Below, piece by piece: positions 47,923 to 57,182 of a DNA stretch of 64,000 nt. Under the pieces are notes generated by a model. The model was given only the letters and a program-made list of their open reading frames with translations. It did no database searches and was not told the DNA's origin. The stretch is from a virus. Made by a program: the position numbers and the translations under genes. Each line of letters begins with the position of its first letter. Positions within the stretch are counted from its first letter, which is position 1. Location of the stretch: positions 11,936-75,935 of the IMG/VR virus record IMGVR_UViG_3300008517_000034; one strand, written 5' to 3'.

Positions 47923-48685
47923 CTCCCTTCCTCCTTTCTTTTTTGATTTTAGGAAATTCTTTGATCTCTTCCGGATAAATATCTTTTAGGCTATCTTTTA
48001 AATAAATTGGTATTTTAGCTCTTCTACAATAATCAATTATGTTTTCTATCCATTCTTTTTTAGGTATGATCTCCCCTTTTCTATTGCCTGTTTCTGCCCC
48101 GATTATTACCCAATTTATACCTTCAAGATTCAGGAAATAAATTAATTGCATATCCATCAATAAAGGTTCAAAGCATACGAATTTTAGATTATCCTTATTA
48201 TGCTGTTTATATTCGTAATAATCCCATCTGCCTGGCTCCCCAGTTTTCGGGTTTTTGATAATAGTTACACCCAACCAACAATTTGAAGGGAATACCCAAT
48301 CATTATATACTTGGGGAAATTTAGTTAAAAATTGAAAAGTATGTTGAGGATATTGCTTAATTTTCTCAATCACCCTCTCTATCCATACTTCATCCCAATG
48401 AGCTATTTCACTCATGCTTCCCACAAATATTTTTTGGGTCTTTTGGGGAAACTTCTTAACAAATTGAGATTCTAAAAATGTGGGTTTAAAGTCTTTTAGT
48501 CCCGATAAGTAATCTCCGGTCCAGACCCAATTAGGGTGCGCCATATAATAAAAGTTAAACTCGTCATCGTATCTCTGCTTCCAAAACCTCTTTGCTATTC
48601 TCCTCGCGTAACAATATTCACATTTATTCATACAGCCCCACACCGGGTTAAACGTGAGATTACACCACCCTATTTTATTTTTCAT
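47894..48685 (-). CDS. DUF5131 (Gp37/Gp68) radical-SAM-like protein
   Basis: NPVWGCMNKCEYCYA, IFVGSMS, FQFLTK, WLGVT, FEPLL, WVIIGAETG. Confidence 0.88.
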   Translation of the reverse strand: MKNKIGWCNLTFNPVWGCMNKCEYCYARRIAKRFWKQRYDDEFNFYYMAHPNWVWTGDYLSGLKDFKPTFLESQFVKKFPQKTQKIFVGSMSEIAHWDEVWIERVIEKIKQYPQHTFQFLTKFPQVYNDWVFPSNCWLGVTIIKNPKTGEPGRWDYYEYKQHNKDNLKFVCFEPLLMDMQLIYFLNLEGINWVIIGAETGNRKGEIIPKKEWIENIIDYCRRAKIPIYLKDSLKDIYPEEIKEFPKIKKERRKGDARTKECRR

Positions 48686-48866
48686 TTCCTTTCACCACAG
48701 CCTTTCTAAAAATTATGTCGGCCTCGTCTTCCCAGGAATATTTTTTATCCCTTATAACTAATTTTTCAATATTCTTTTTAAGCTTCTTAGAAAACTCATC
48801 GAATTCACTGTTCTTTTTTACCTGCTCGTAATAAGTCTTTATGGTGGGAAACATTGTCTTGCCTCC

Positions 48867-49199
48867 TCATAATTTTTTATATGCCTCAAATGTAATAAAA
48901 TCACATTCCCCGATAACTACCTTCTGTCCACATCTTAGGCATATCCTTGTCTGTCCTCTTCCTCCCGCTCTTGCACGGATAATATGAATTGGTCTTGGGA
49001 GTTCATTATTGGCATCGAATGGGCAGCCACTTTTATAATTTGTTACACAACGCATTACCGTTATCCATTTACCATTGCCTGCTCTGTACCCGCAATCGTG
49101 GGGACTCCAACAAATCCGGCAAGGGCATATCTTATCTGCTGCCCCGGTCAATCTGCCTTTATATTCTCTTTTATCTAAAAGCCGATTTCTAACTTTCAT
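48867..49199 (-). CDS. Cys-rich hypothetical protein
   Basis: CPCRIC, HDC, CLRC. Confidence 0.6.
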   Translation of the reverse strand: MKVRNRLLDKREYKGRLTGAADKICPCRICWSPHDCGYRAGNGKWITVMRCVTNYKSGCPFDANNELPRPIHIIRARAGGRGQTRICLRCGQKVVIGECDFITFEAYKKL

Positions 49200-49442
49200 T
49201 CTTAATCTGCATTTAGCCCCTTTTTAATATTGGATCTCGCAACTCTGGTTTTAATTTTTGCTTATTATCAATTATTCTTTTTTTTCGTATTTCTTCCAGT
49301 GCCCTATCTCTTTTAAAAAAATAAAATAATCTATGCAAAATAAAAATCAAAACTAAACAAAGTTCAAATATAAGAATATTTCTAATTATCATTTTATTTA
49401 ACCTCTGATAAAAATACTTTTTTTTAATTTTATTTTTTCTTC

Positions 49443-49661
49443 TTAATCTCTCCCTATAACCTTTTTAAAATCTATTACAGTTAATTCGTGGCCTTTAAAT
49501 ATTGCTGATTCGCCATTTCCACCCACAGAGTAAATATTATTGGCATCTAAATCATCTAACATTTCTGTGTATACAGCGTCAATATTTTCCAAATCTGTTA
49601 TAATTTTAATCTCATCTCCGTAAATTGTAATCAGATTAAATTCTTCTTTTTTGCTTTCCAT
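49443..49661 (-). CDS. Hypothetical protein
   Basis: Co-oriented ORF with RBS. Confidence 0.55.
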   Translation of the reverse strand: MESKKEEFNLITIYGDEIKIITDLENIDAVYTEMLDDLDANNIYSVGGNGESAIFKGHELTVIDFKKVIGRD

Positions 49662-49891
49662 CCTCTTGACCTCCCTTTTAACCTTCTTTTCTCATCATGC
49701 CCGCAATTCATTTTCTCTATTCGTTTCCATTCTCCTAGCTTCTTCCTTCTGGCCTCCTTGATCTCTCGTCTTTTTGCCCTATCAATTTCTGAATCGAGCA
49801 TATCGAAAGTCTGATTAATATAATCCTTACCCATGCTGCTATCTATCCTTTCAGCCTCTTTCTTGAGATACTTTCTAATCGCTTTCTGCAT
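49631..49891 (-). CDS. Hypothetical protein
   Basis: Co-oriented ORF. Confidence 0.5.
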   Translation of the reverse strand: MQKAIRKYLKKEAERIDSSMGKDYINQTFDMLDSEIDRAKRREIKEARRKKLGEWKRIEKMNCGHDEKRRLKGRSRGWKAKKKNLI

Positions 49892-49944
49892 ACTGCCTTC
49901 CTCTCTAATTTAATTTTCTGCTTCCTATCTGCTCAATACATTAG

Positions 49945-50187
49945 TCAAGGATACCCTTTCAATAGTTGCAATCCTCTGCCTTCTTCAAAATCATTATCTC
50001 TTTTTTCCAGCCTATCCATCCTATCTTGTATCGCTCCAATTAGCTCTGCGTTGGTCCCATCCCGGCTGATCAAAATCTTAATTAGAAGTTCATTCTTGTC
50101 TATTTTAAAGTTCAAATACAAGACCCACAATCCTACTAAAAGCATTATGACTATAAATACGATTAATAGATTCTCAAATTTTTTCAT
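49945..50187 (-). CDS. Small membrane-anchored protein
   Basis: N-terminal hydrophobic helix; GGAGG RBS. Confidence 0.6.
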   Translation of the reverse strand: MKKFENLLIVFIVIMLLVGLWVLYLNFKIDKNELLIKILISRDGTNAELIGAIQDRMDRLEKRDNDFEEGRGLQLLKGYP

Positions 50188-50368
50188 CCTCCACCTCCTT
50201 AATTCGCTTTTTTAACTGTATTCTCATGTCATTACCCGGAGATAATTTTTTAATTAATTTTTTCCATTTCCTGATTTTATTTTTTTCCTTTCTATGCCCT
50301 GTCTTATATTTTTGACATTTATCTTTATTTCGGCCATACTTTCTTGCTCCTCCGCCTATTTTTTTCAT
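50174..50368 (-). CDS. Small basic hypothetical protein
   Basis: Lys/Arg-rich ORF. Confidence 0.5.
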   Translation of the reverse strand: MKKIGGGARKYGRNKDKCQKYKTGHRKEKNKIRKWKKLIKKLSPGNDMRIQLKKRIKEVEDEKI

Positions 50369-50382
50369 ACTATCCCTCTTCT

Positions 50383-50949
50383 TTATTTTATTTTTTCCTT
50401 TAATAGATTTTTATCCTTTACTTTAGTGCCATCAAGACACCTACCATATTTTTCTAACATATATTCCTCGCTATAGCCTTTCTGGTTATTTTCCAGTTCA
50501 AAAATCCCAGTCAGTTTCTCCGGATGATTACTTCTCCTCTTCATAATAGGATACAGTTTTATAAACTCCTTTTTTGCCCATTTTTCCTCTTTAAGAGAGG
50601 TATCACATATCCTTATCCAACCTCCCAACGCCTCCACTACTGAGCCTATTATTGGGTTTTCAGGAAAGGACACAGACATATATCCATCATATCTCTCTAT
50701 CTTTTCCTTTAAAATTAGCCAGGCAATCTCCGCCTCATCCTCGATTCTACCTTCGATTATTTCTATAATCTCGGATATTTTTGGAAAGAATTTTAATTCT
50801 CTCATAGACTTAATTACTGCTTTTTTTATATTTATATCAGAATAGCCTTTTAATATATCCCAATATATTTTAGCCCGGTCCTCGCTCAGTTTTTCACCAA
50901 AGGCAGATTCCAGACTATTTAAACTCTGTAAAAATAATTTTTTATCCAT
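50383..50949 (-). CDS. Helicase loader/inhibitor-like (DUF6475-type) protein
   Basis: Directly after the initiator; KFFPKISEI, AEIAW, VEALGGW. Confidence 0.7.
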   Translation of the reverse strand: MDKKLFLQSLNSLESAFGEKLSEDRAKIYWDILKGYSDINIKKAVIKSMRELKFFPKISEIIEIIEGRIEDEAEIAWLILKEKIERYDGYMSVSFPENPIIGSVVEALGGWIRICDTSLKEEKWAKKEFIKLYPIMKRRSNHPEKLTGIFELENNQKGYSEEYMLEKYGRCLDGTKVKDKNLLKEKIK

Positions 50950-50961
50950 TTACTCCTTTTC

Positions 50962-51735
50962 TTAATCCACACCATCAAGCCGATGATCCGTTTTTATCCT
51001 TTCTTTCAGGCTCTTGCCCCGGTCTATTACCTCTTTATAGAATCTCGAATAGTGTTTTCGCAGACTGGCCGGACATAGAATATTTTTAGCCCAGAATTTA
51101 TTTTCTACCACCCAGTCTATTATTTTTTTTATTTCATTGGGTTCAGCCTTATCTATACGAATAAGGTAATCCATATCTTTACACCAGGATTGTATTTGAG
51201 GCTCTTCTCTTTTTCTAATTGATTTATTATTTTCCCTTATTTTACCTTCAAAATAGATAGTTAATTGATACACCACCGCCTCTTTATCAAAAGAGGCTTT
51301 ACTTAGTGTCTTTTGTATAGTTTCTTTTGAAGAAATTTCTTTTGTATAGTTTCTTTTGTACTTACCCATTTGGGTAACTTTAATTACCTGTTTAGGTAAC
51401 TTTATGTCCTGTTTAGGTAACTTTATGTCCTGTTTAGGTAACTTTATCCACTTATCATAATCTTTCTGGAAACCTAATTTTTTTCCATTTCTTATAATCA
51501 TATTTTTTTTAATTAATTTTTTTAGAGTCCTACTAACATGACTTTCTGCTATACCGGTCATTTTTGCAATTTGAGTATTAGTAATCCAATCTTTCTTTTT
51601 ATGCCAACCATAAGTTTTTCTAAATATAGCCCATAAAACCTTGCTTTCGTAACTCGATAAATAGGTTTTTGCTAGTATTTCTACTATTTCATTAGCTATA
51701 TCAACATGCCCGTTTTCAGCTTGTGGATTTGCCAT
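50962..51735 (-). CDS. Replication initiator, lambda O-like
   Basis: ENGHVDIANE, RKTYGWHKK.DWI, GFQKDYDKW; C-terminal FWAKNILCP..LRKH. Confidence 0.9.
   Translation of the reverse strand: MANPQAENGHVDIANEIVEILAKTYLSSYESKVLWAIFRKTYGWHKKKDWITNTQIAKMTGIAESHVSRTLKKLIKKNMIIRNGKKLGFQKDYDKWIKLPKQDIKLPKQDIKLPKQVIKVTQMGKYKRNYTKEISSKETIQKTLSKASFDKEAVVYQLTIYFEGKIRENNKSIRKREEPQIQSWCKDMDYLIRIDKAEPNEIKKIIDWVVENKFWAKNILCPASLRKHYSRFYKEVIDRGKSLKERIKTDHRLDGVD
51362..51447 (-). repeat. Iterons, probable replication origin inside the initiator gene
   Basis: 21-bp unit CCTGTTTAGGTAACTTTATGT at 51387, 51408 and 51429 plus palindromic TTACCCATTTGGGTAA; A/T-rich tract downstream in gene direction. Confidence 0.85.
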
Positions 51736-51758
51736 ATATAATTACCTCAAATAAAATG

Positions 51759-51839
51759 GGCAAAAGAAAAACCAGATGTAGGAGATAATCTATTGCAGTG
51801 ACACAATAGACCCGCGGAGACACCCGGCCTTTATTTGCC
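51759..51839 (-). ncRNA. Structured RNA leader upstream of the initiator gene
   Basis: Nested stems GGCAAA/UUUGCC, GGCCGGGUGU/ACAUCUGGUU and GUCUAUUG/CAAUAGAU. Confidence 0.55.
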
Positions 51840-51902
51840 TATTTATTTTATTTTTAATTTTTTCTTTTATATTTTTCACGGTCACTATCTCTTTATTTAA
51901 GT

Positions 51903-52250
51903 TTAGAATTCTCTTAAAATGCTCAAAGGATTTACTCCCCATGTTCCCATTGGATCAGGTTTATAGGGATCAGTTTCACAAATTACCCGGGCCTTAATTT
52001 TTACCTCTTTTAAATTTAAAATGAATAAATAATTTATTTTTAGGGTTATATCGACACAGCAATCGCTGATTTTATGCTCATCTATTATTTTAGTTTTAGT
52101 TAAATTCTTCGGTCCAAACCAACTTGCCAGCAATGAAGGATTATTTCCTTCTTTACTCTGCCAGGTCTTCTGGGTATATCTAAACATTTCAGACCATTCT
52201 CGATCCTTCCAAGCCTTCATAAATTTTTTTACTGTTTCTATCGCATTCAT
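51903..52250 (-). CDS. Hypothetical protein (NTF2-like pattern)
   Basis: ETVKKFMKAWKDREW...GTWGVNPLS. Confidence 0.6.
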   Translation of the reverse strand: MNAIETVKKFMKAWKDREWSEMFRYTQKTWQSKEGNNPSLLASWFGPKNLTKTKIIDEHKISDCCVDITLKINYLFILNLKEVKIKARVICETDPYKPDPMGTWGVNPLSILREF

Positions 52251-52279
52251 AATTCGCCTCTTTTTTTAAATTCAGGTCT

Positions 52280-52421
52280 CCTGCTGGGACAGGATTCGAA
52301 CCATATCCACCTTATAAATCATATTATGCATCTTAGTTATCTAATTCTTTTTATTATCTAGATATCCAACAAATCAAGGCAAACTAATAAAAACCGTGGA
52401 GGTACACCCGCTAACAGCAGG
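52280..52421 (-). ncRNA. tRNA-like RNA (acceptor-type stem and T-loop), non-canonical
   Basis: CCUGCUG/CAGCAGG closing stem; GGUUCGAAUCC near the 3' end. Confidence 0.4.
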
Positions 52422-52515
52422 CTTTTTGAAATCACGATTTTTTCGTTTACCCCAGTTAAATTTCTATAATATTCAACAAATATTTATTTTTTTTCTATAA
52501 TTCTTATCCTTCTTT

Positions 52516-53067
52516 TTATTCCAACACCACGACTTTCACTCTTTTAATCCCCCACTTTCTGGCCTGCTCATAATCTTTTTTATATACATCGATATTCCAA
52601 AAATCAAAATTAAGATCCTTTTCAGTGAAATATCCGGTATCCTCTATCGAAAATCGCCCCATACCTTCGATATAAATTTTTTGCCCCAGTTTCAAGGGGC
52701 TTCTTACCTGCCATTCTCCGTTAATCAAATCCACGTTAATCGCACAAACTCCTTCTCTAATTGGAGTCCCCATAGCAGTTTTGCCATCACGCCATTTTTT
52801 GGCAATGCAGCGGAAGTCATTGCTATACGCCGTAGCGGTCATATAATAATATTTTTTGGAAATATATCTATCTTCCGTTTTTGTTTCCTCCTCGGAAATA
52901 TATATATCTTCCACTCTCATATTTTTTACCTGTTCATTAATATTATTGCTATTGACTCCCGCCTCAATAACGCTAGGATTATTAGACAGGGCTAATAGAG
53001 AAAACAATATTATAAGTTCTATCATAATGATTATTTTCTTAACCATTATCACCACCGCAGTTTGCAT
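52516..53067 (-). CDS. 3D-domain (cell wall hydrolase-like) exported protein
   Basis: Hydrophobic N-terminus; MTATAY, TAMG, LGQKIYIEG, EDTG, IDVY. Confidence 0.85.
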   Translation of the reverse strand: MQTAVVIMVKKIIIMIELIILFSLLALSNNPSVIEAGVNSNNINEQVKNMRVEDIYISEEETKTEDRYISKKYYYMTATAYSNDFRCIAKKWRDGKTAMGTPIREGVCAINVDLINGEWQVRSPLKLGQKIYIEGMGRFSIEDTGYFTEKDLNFDFWNIDVYKKDYEQARKWGIKRVKVVVLE

Positions 53068-53146
53068 CCTCGACCAAAATTATCGAGAATCTCAATCATA
53101 AAATTGAACATTCCCTTAAATATCTGAATTGTTTTAGTCATGTTTT

Positions 53147-53554
53147 TCACTCCTCCAATTTTGCTTTTATGGTTATATACCCTGTCCCAGCTATCTTCAT
53201 TCTTATTTCTTTATCCAAGAACGGGACCATGCTATTCGGGGTCATTAATTCCCATATTCCCAGCAGTTCTCCTAAACCCATCGCCATTAAGGCCAGGCCT
53301 TGGTCTCCGATATCCCCACCGGTTTCCAGATAAGAATGTTCTTTGCCGTCAAGCCAATGCGGGAATTCTTGCTCTATTAACATTCTAAATTCTTTAGCAT
53401 TGGGGTTGTTGGTCTTGCTAACCTTAAAGAAGGTTAGGTCTGCAGTATGACCCTTCGGCTGTTTACTTTCTGGATTTTTAATGGCATCGGCGCATCTACC
53501 ACATTGGCAAGGTCCTTTCTCAACATGATTAAGAACATATTCAACTAAATCCAT
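53147..53554 (-). CDS. Hypothetical protein
   Basis: CQCGRC; SYLETGGDIGDQGLALMAMGLG. Confidence 0.65.
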   Translation of the reverse strand: MDLVEYVLNHVEKGPCQCGRCADAIKNPESKQPKGHTADLTFFKVSKTNNPNAKEFRMLIEQEFPHWLDGKEHSYLETGGDIGDQGLALMAMGLGELLGIWELMTPNSMVPFLDKEIRMKIAGTGYITIKAKLEE

Positions 53555-53613
53555 TTTGATTAATTCTCCTTTTCATTAAGGGGAATCATTTAGACGCTCC
53601 TCTTTTTTTATAT

Positions 53614-54261
53614 TTATTTGTAGATGGTATCTTGTAGGATTTTCTCCAATAATATCTTCTGGCTTTTATGGATTTTGAAATTGACTTCGATATAGCCATC
53701 ATTATCCACAGACAAGGTTATTGATGATGTTTTGAATACTGCAATTGGTTCTTTAGGTTTAGTGACCCTTTTCCCAGTTAGACTTTTAAATGCGCTTTCC
53801 AGTACCTCAAAAGTGGTAGAAAGCATTGCTGACTTTCCCGAGAGATAATCTCTTTGGTCATCGAAGGTTATCATCACACCAGGCCGTCGTGAGGTATCTT
53901 CATAATCACGGACGAACAGTGGAACAGGGCCTTTCAAATTTGAATATGGAACTTTGGCCCAGATTTTTAAAATTTCTCCTCTTTTTCTGATAATAATGTA
54001 GGCAAATAGTAATCCCGAAAAACTATACTTGATGTATGTTTGCAGATGCTCCTTTTTTATGTCAGGTTTTAAAGCCATAATATATTTATCGAGCTCAAGA
54101 TATAAATCACATATCCACTCTGGGCGTCCTTCTAAGTAATACTCTTCATTGAAAGCCATATCTTTTCCTCCTTTATTTTCCCCAATCCTATTTTTTCGCT
54201 CTTCAAAATCCTCGGCAATTGGTGAAAAAATATTTGAGAATTCAAATGATTCCTTCTTCAA
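53614..54261 (-). CDS. DUF5655-like protein
   Basis: DLYLELDKYIMAL...YIKY...FAYI...VRD pattern. Confidence 0.5.
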   Translation of the reverse strand: MKKESFEFSNIFSPIAEDFEERKNRIGENKGGKDMAFNEEYYLEGRPEWICDLYLELDKYIMALKPDIKKEHLQTYIKYSFSGLLFAYIIIRKRGEILKIWAKVPYSNLKGPVPLFVRDYEDTSRRPGVMITFDDQRDYLSGKSAMLSTTFEVLESAFKSLTGKRVTKPKEPIAVFKTSSITLSVDNDGYIEVNFKIHKSQKILLEKILQDTIYK

Positions 54262-54569
54262 GGTTTATTGTCCCCCCCCCTCTTTAAACTTATCTCTTTA
54301 GATATTCCTGCCTTTTCTAAAATTTCATTGATAGCTTTCTGAGTTTTCATAAGTTCCTTATTCCATTCATTTTCTAATTTTTTTACCCTCATAAATCTTC
54401 CCAGACAGAATCCCATAGCGAAAATTATTATCATAAAACAAATTGCGGCTATCAAAGTGGCCACTTTGCTATCCAGGAGACTATTTAATCGCACATAGCT
54501 ATTCATTTTTAACTTATCTCTCCCAATTTTGCCCAGCCTTTTTATTTCAACATTTTCCCAGAACGTCAC
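54258..54569 (-). CDS. Membrane-anchored hypothetical protein
   Basis: One hydrophobic helix. Confidence 0.55.
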   Translation of the reverse strand: MTFWENVEIKRLGKIGRDKLKMNSYVRLNSLLDSKVATLIAAICFMIIIFAMGFCLGRFMRVKKLENEWNKELMKTQKAINEILEKAGISKEISLKRGGDNKP

Positions 54570-54591
54570 AGGACAGGCAAATCCTGTTAAT

Positions 54592-57180
54592 CTAATCTTT
54601 TATAATTTTAAACCGGGATCCAATCTCCGGAAGTTTAGTCACCTCAATCCTCACCGGAAAAGTATTTTTTAATGATTCCAGATGGGTAATAACCAAGATC
54701 TTATCGAAGTCATCACTTATAGACTGGATGGCCTCTACGATGTTATCCAGACCCTCCTCATCCTGGGTCCCGAAACCTTCATCTATAACTAAGGTCCTCA
54801 ATCTGGTCCCGGCTCTTCTGGCCAGTAGTTTAGATAGAGCGATTCTTAGAGAAAAATCTATCCGGAAGGCCTCTCCTCCGCTGTACAGTTCATAGTCCCG
54901 GACACCCATCTCATCACTTATCTTTATCTCTAAAGTCTCTTTTAATCTTCCGCTCTTCAGATCTCGGAGAGATTCCATGGTTATCTGGGTGCTATTGCTA
55001 GTTAATTTAGCCAACAATTTATTAGCCTCTTCTTCAATTTCAGGTAGAGCATTTTCGATAATCAGGGCTTGAATCCCGTTCTTTCCGAAGGCCACAATTA
55101 ATTTTTCATATATATCTTTCTCCCGCCGGCTTTTTTCTAATTCTTCTTCCATTTCTTTCTTCTCTTTTTCTAGTTTAAGGCACTGCTCAAATTTGCTCTG
55201 ATATCCACCTTTTTCCTCTAAAATCTCCTCCTTAAGGGTGAGATCAGATTTCAATAATTGTTCTTCTGGTACTAACCGTTCTTTCAATGAAGGCAATTCC
55301 TTTAATTCTATTTTTATTTTCTCTATCTTTTTTTCCGAGTCCTTAAAATTTAAATCTTTCTGTCGGTAATTTTCTTGCCACTCAGCAAGTGTGGTCCTTA
55401 ACGGATCAACCTTCTTTTCTGCCTCTTCCAGTCTGGCTCTCTCCACAGGAGCATTATGCAGTTCTTCAATCTTACGATTAAACTGACTATGTCTTTCTTC
55501 GTCATAATCGATATTTTTGATTTGTTCTTCAAGTCCTTTTAATTCTTTCTGTTCCTCTAAGGCATAATTCTTATCTTCTACTATTTTTTCAGTTTTTTTA
55601 ATCTCCTCTTGCAGGCCAATTATCATCTTTATTGCTCGCTCAGATTCTTTATACTCAAACTGCATCTTGCTGAATCGTTGCTGCCAGATATCTTTATCTT
55701 TTATATTTTCTTTGATCTCTTTCCACCTAATTACCAACCTCTCCCTTTCTCTATCTGCTACTTCTTCTTCTCTCTTAAATTTCTCTATCTCGGTACGGCT
55801 TAATTTTATTTCTCCATCCAGCTTATCTTCAATCTTCTTCTTTCTATCGGCATTTAATTTGGTCTCACATAAAGGGCACTCTCCCTCCGGATTCTCTCTT
55901 AATAGACGCACTTTTTCTTCATTATTTCCAATATCCTTTTTTAATCCCTCTATCTTATTTTTAATGCTATTTAGCCTCACATTAAGCTTATTACCTTTCT
56001 CCCGGACCTCCTCGCTCTCCTCTTCAAGAAGTTTTATATCTTTTATCTTCTTCTCCAATTCTAAAAGCTCGGTTTTATTTTTTTCTTTCTGTTCGGCCTT
56101 AACCTGCAAATCTTTATGTCTATCCTGTTTATTCTTGATTTCTATTATTAGATCGGCCCTTCCACTTTCTATCTTTCTTTCGATGAGGATTTTTTCTTCC
56201 TCTACCTTTCTGATCTTCTGTAGTTTTAAGGTAAGTTCATTATTTTCGGCATTAAATTTCTGGTAATCTTCAAATTTAGTTAAAATGGCCTCTCTCTGGG
56301 AAATTATCTCTTCACAAGATGTTATCTCCTTCTTTTTTAATTCAATCTCTTTTTCTCCTCGTACAATCTCCTGTCCCAGCTGTTCTATTCTCCTTATTAA
56401 TTCATCGAATTCCTCACTTTTATGCTGCAAGAAGTTTACTCGTTCCTTCAATTTATTTATCCGTTCTTCTTTTTCTTTTATCTTTTGTGAAATCCGGGCA
56501 TGCTCCTCTGATAATTCTTTTATCTTTTTTTTATAAAAATCAACCTGGGCCAATTCCTGAGCGATATATTCTAACCTACTATCTTTGGACATGATGATAT
56601 TATTGACTTCTTTAAGATAGGATTTGGCCAGGTCGGCCAATTCATCATAGCGAGAAAGACCCAAGATTTCAGACAGGACTTCCTTCCTTTCCCGGGCAGT
56701 TTTTTTACTGAATTCATTCGTTCTGCCCTGTAGAATAAAGGCGGAATTAATAAAAGTATGGTAATCCAGCCGTAAAGTCTTGTTGATTCTTTCTTGAGTT
56801 TCGCGGGTGGAAGGGCAGGCAAGAGAAACATATTTATTTTCCTTTTGGTCATAAACTTGAAACTCCAAAGCAGCTCGGGAACTTTTCCCATGCTGGGAAA
56901 AACTTCTAGTGATGCGGTATCTATCCCCTTCTAAATCAAATATAAACTCTACCTGCATATCCTCCTGACCCATCCGGAGCAGACTGTTGTCTGCCTTTTT
57001 CTCCTGACTCCCTTTTCTTCCTTCTCCCCAGACTGACCAGGTCAGGGCATCCAATAGGGCAGATTTGCCCTGTCCGTTAGTTCCGGAAAGACAAGCTACA
57101 TGAAACTGAGTAAAGTCAAGCGGGGGTACATCCTCACCATAGCTCAAAAAATTCTTAAGGCTTAATTTTACCGGTATCAA
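54592..57180 (-). CDS. sbcC: SbcC/Rad50 SMC-family ATPase
   Basis: LKNFLSY, GTNGQGKS, LQG, coiled coil with CPLC hook, YSGGE, IDEGFG, VITH. Confidence 0.95.
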   Translation of the reverse strand: MIPVKLSLKNFLSYGEDVPPLDFTQFHVACLSGTNGQGKSALLDALTWSVWGEGRKGSQEKKADNSLLRMGQEDMQVEFIFDLEGDRYRITRSFSQHGKSSRAALEFQVYDQKENKYVSLACPSTRETQERINKTLRLDYHTFINSAFILQGRTNEFSKKTARERKEVLSEILGLSRYDELADLAKSYLKEVNNIIMSKDSRLEYIAQELAQVDFYKKKIKELSEEHARISQKIKEKEERINKLKERVNFLQHKSEEFDELIRRIEQLGQEIVRGEKEIELKKKEITSCEEIISQREAILTKFEDYQKFNAENNELTLKLQKIRKVEEEKILIERKIESGRADLIIEIKNKQDRHKDLQVKAEQKEKNKTELLELEKKIKDIKLLEEESEEVREKGNKLNVRLNSIKNKIEGLKKDIGNNEEKVRLLRENPEGECPLCETKLNADRKKKIEDKLDGEIKLSRTEIEKFKREEEVADRERERLVIRWKEIKENIKDKDIWQQRFSKMQFEYKESERAIKMIIGLQEEIKKTEKIVEDKNYALEEQKELKGLEEQIKNIDYDEERHSQFNRKIEELHNAPVERARLEEAEKKVDPLRTTLAEWQENYRQKDLNFKDSEKKIEKIKIELKELPSLKERLVPEEQLLKSDLTLKEEILEEKGGYQSKFEQCLKLEKEKKEMEEELEKSRREKDIYEKLIVAFGKNGIQALIIENALPEIEEEANKLLAKLTSNSTQITMESLRDLKSGRLKETLEIKISDEMGVRDYELYSGGEAFRIDFSLRIALSKLLARRAGTRLRTLVIDEGFGTQDEEGLDNIVEAIQSISDDFDKILVITHLESLKNTFPVRIEVTKLPEIGSRFKIIKD

Positions 57181-57182
57181 TT

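Noticed and set aside
51387-51447. 21-bp repeats as CRISPR or a simple VNTR
   Set aside because: No spacers; position inside an O-like initiator fits iterons.
52280-52421. Canonical tRNA or tmRNA
   Set aside because: No standard cloverleaf, no CCA, and too short for tmRNA.
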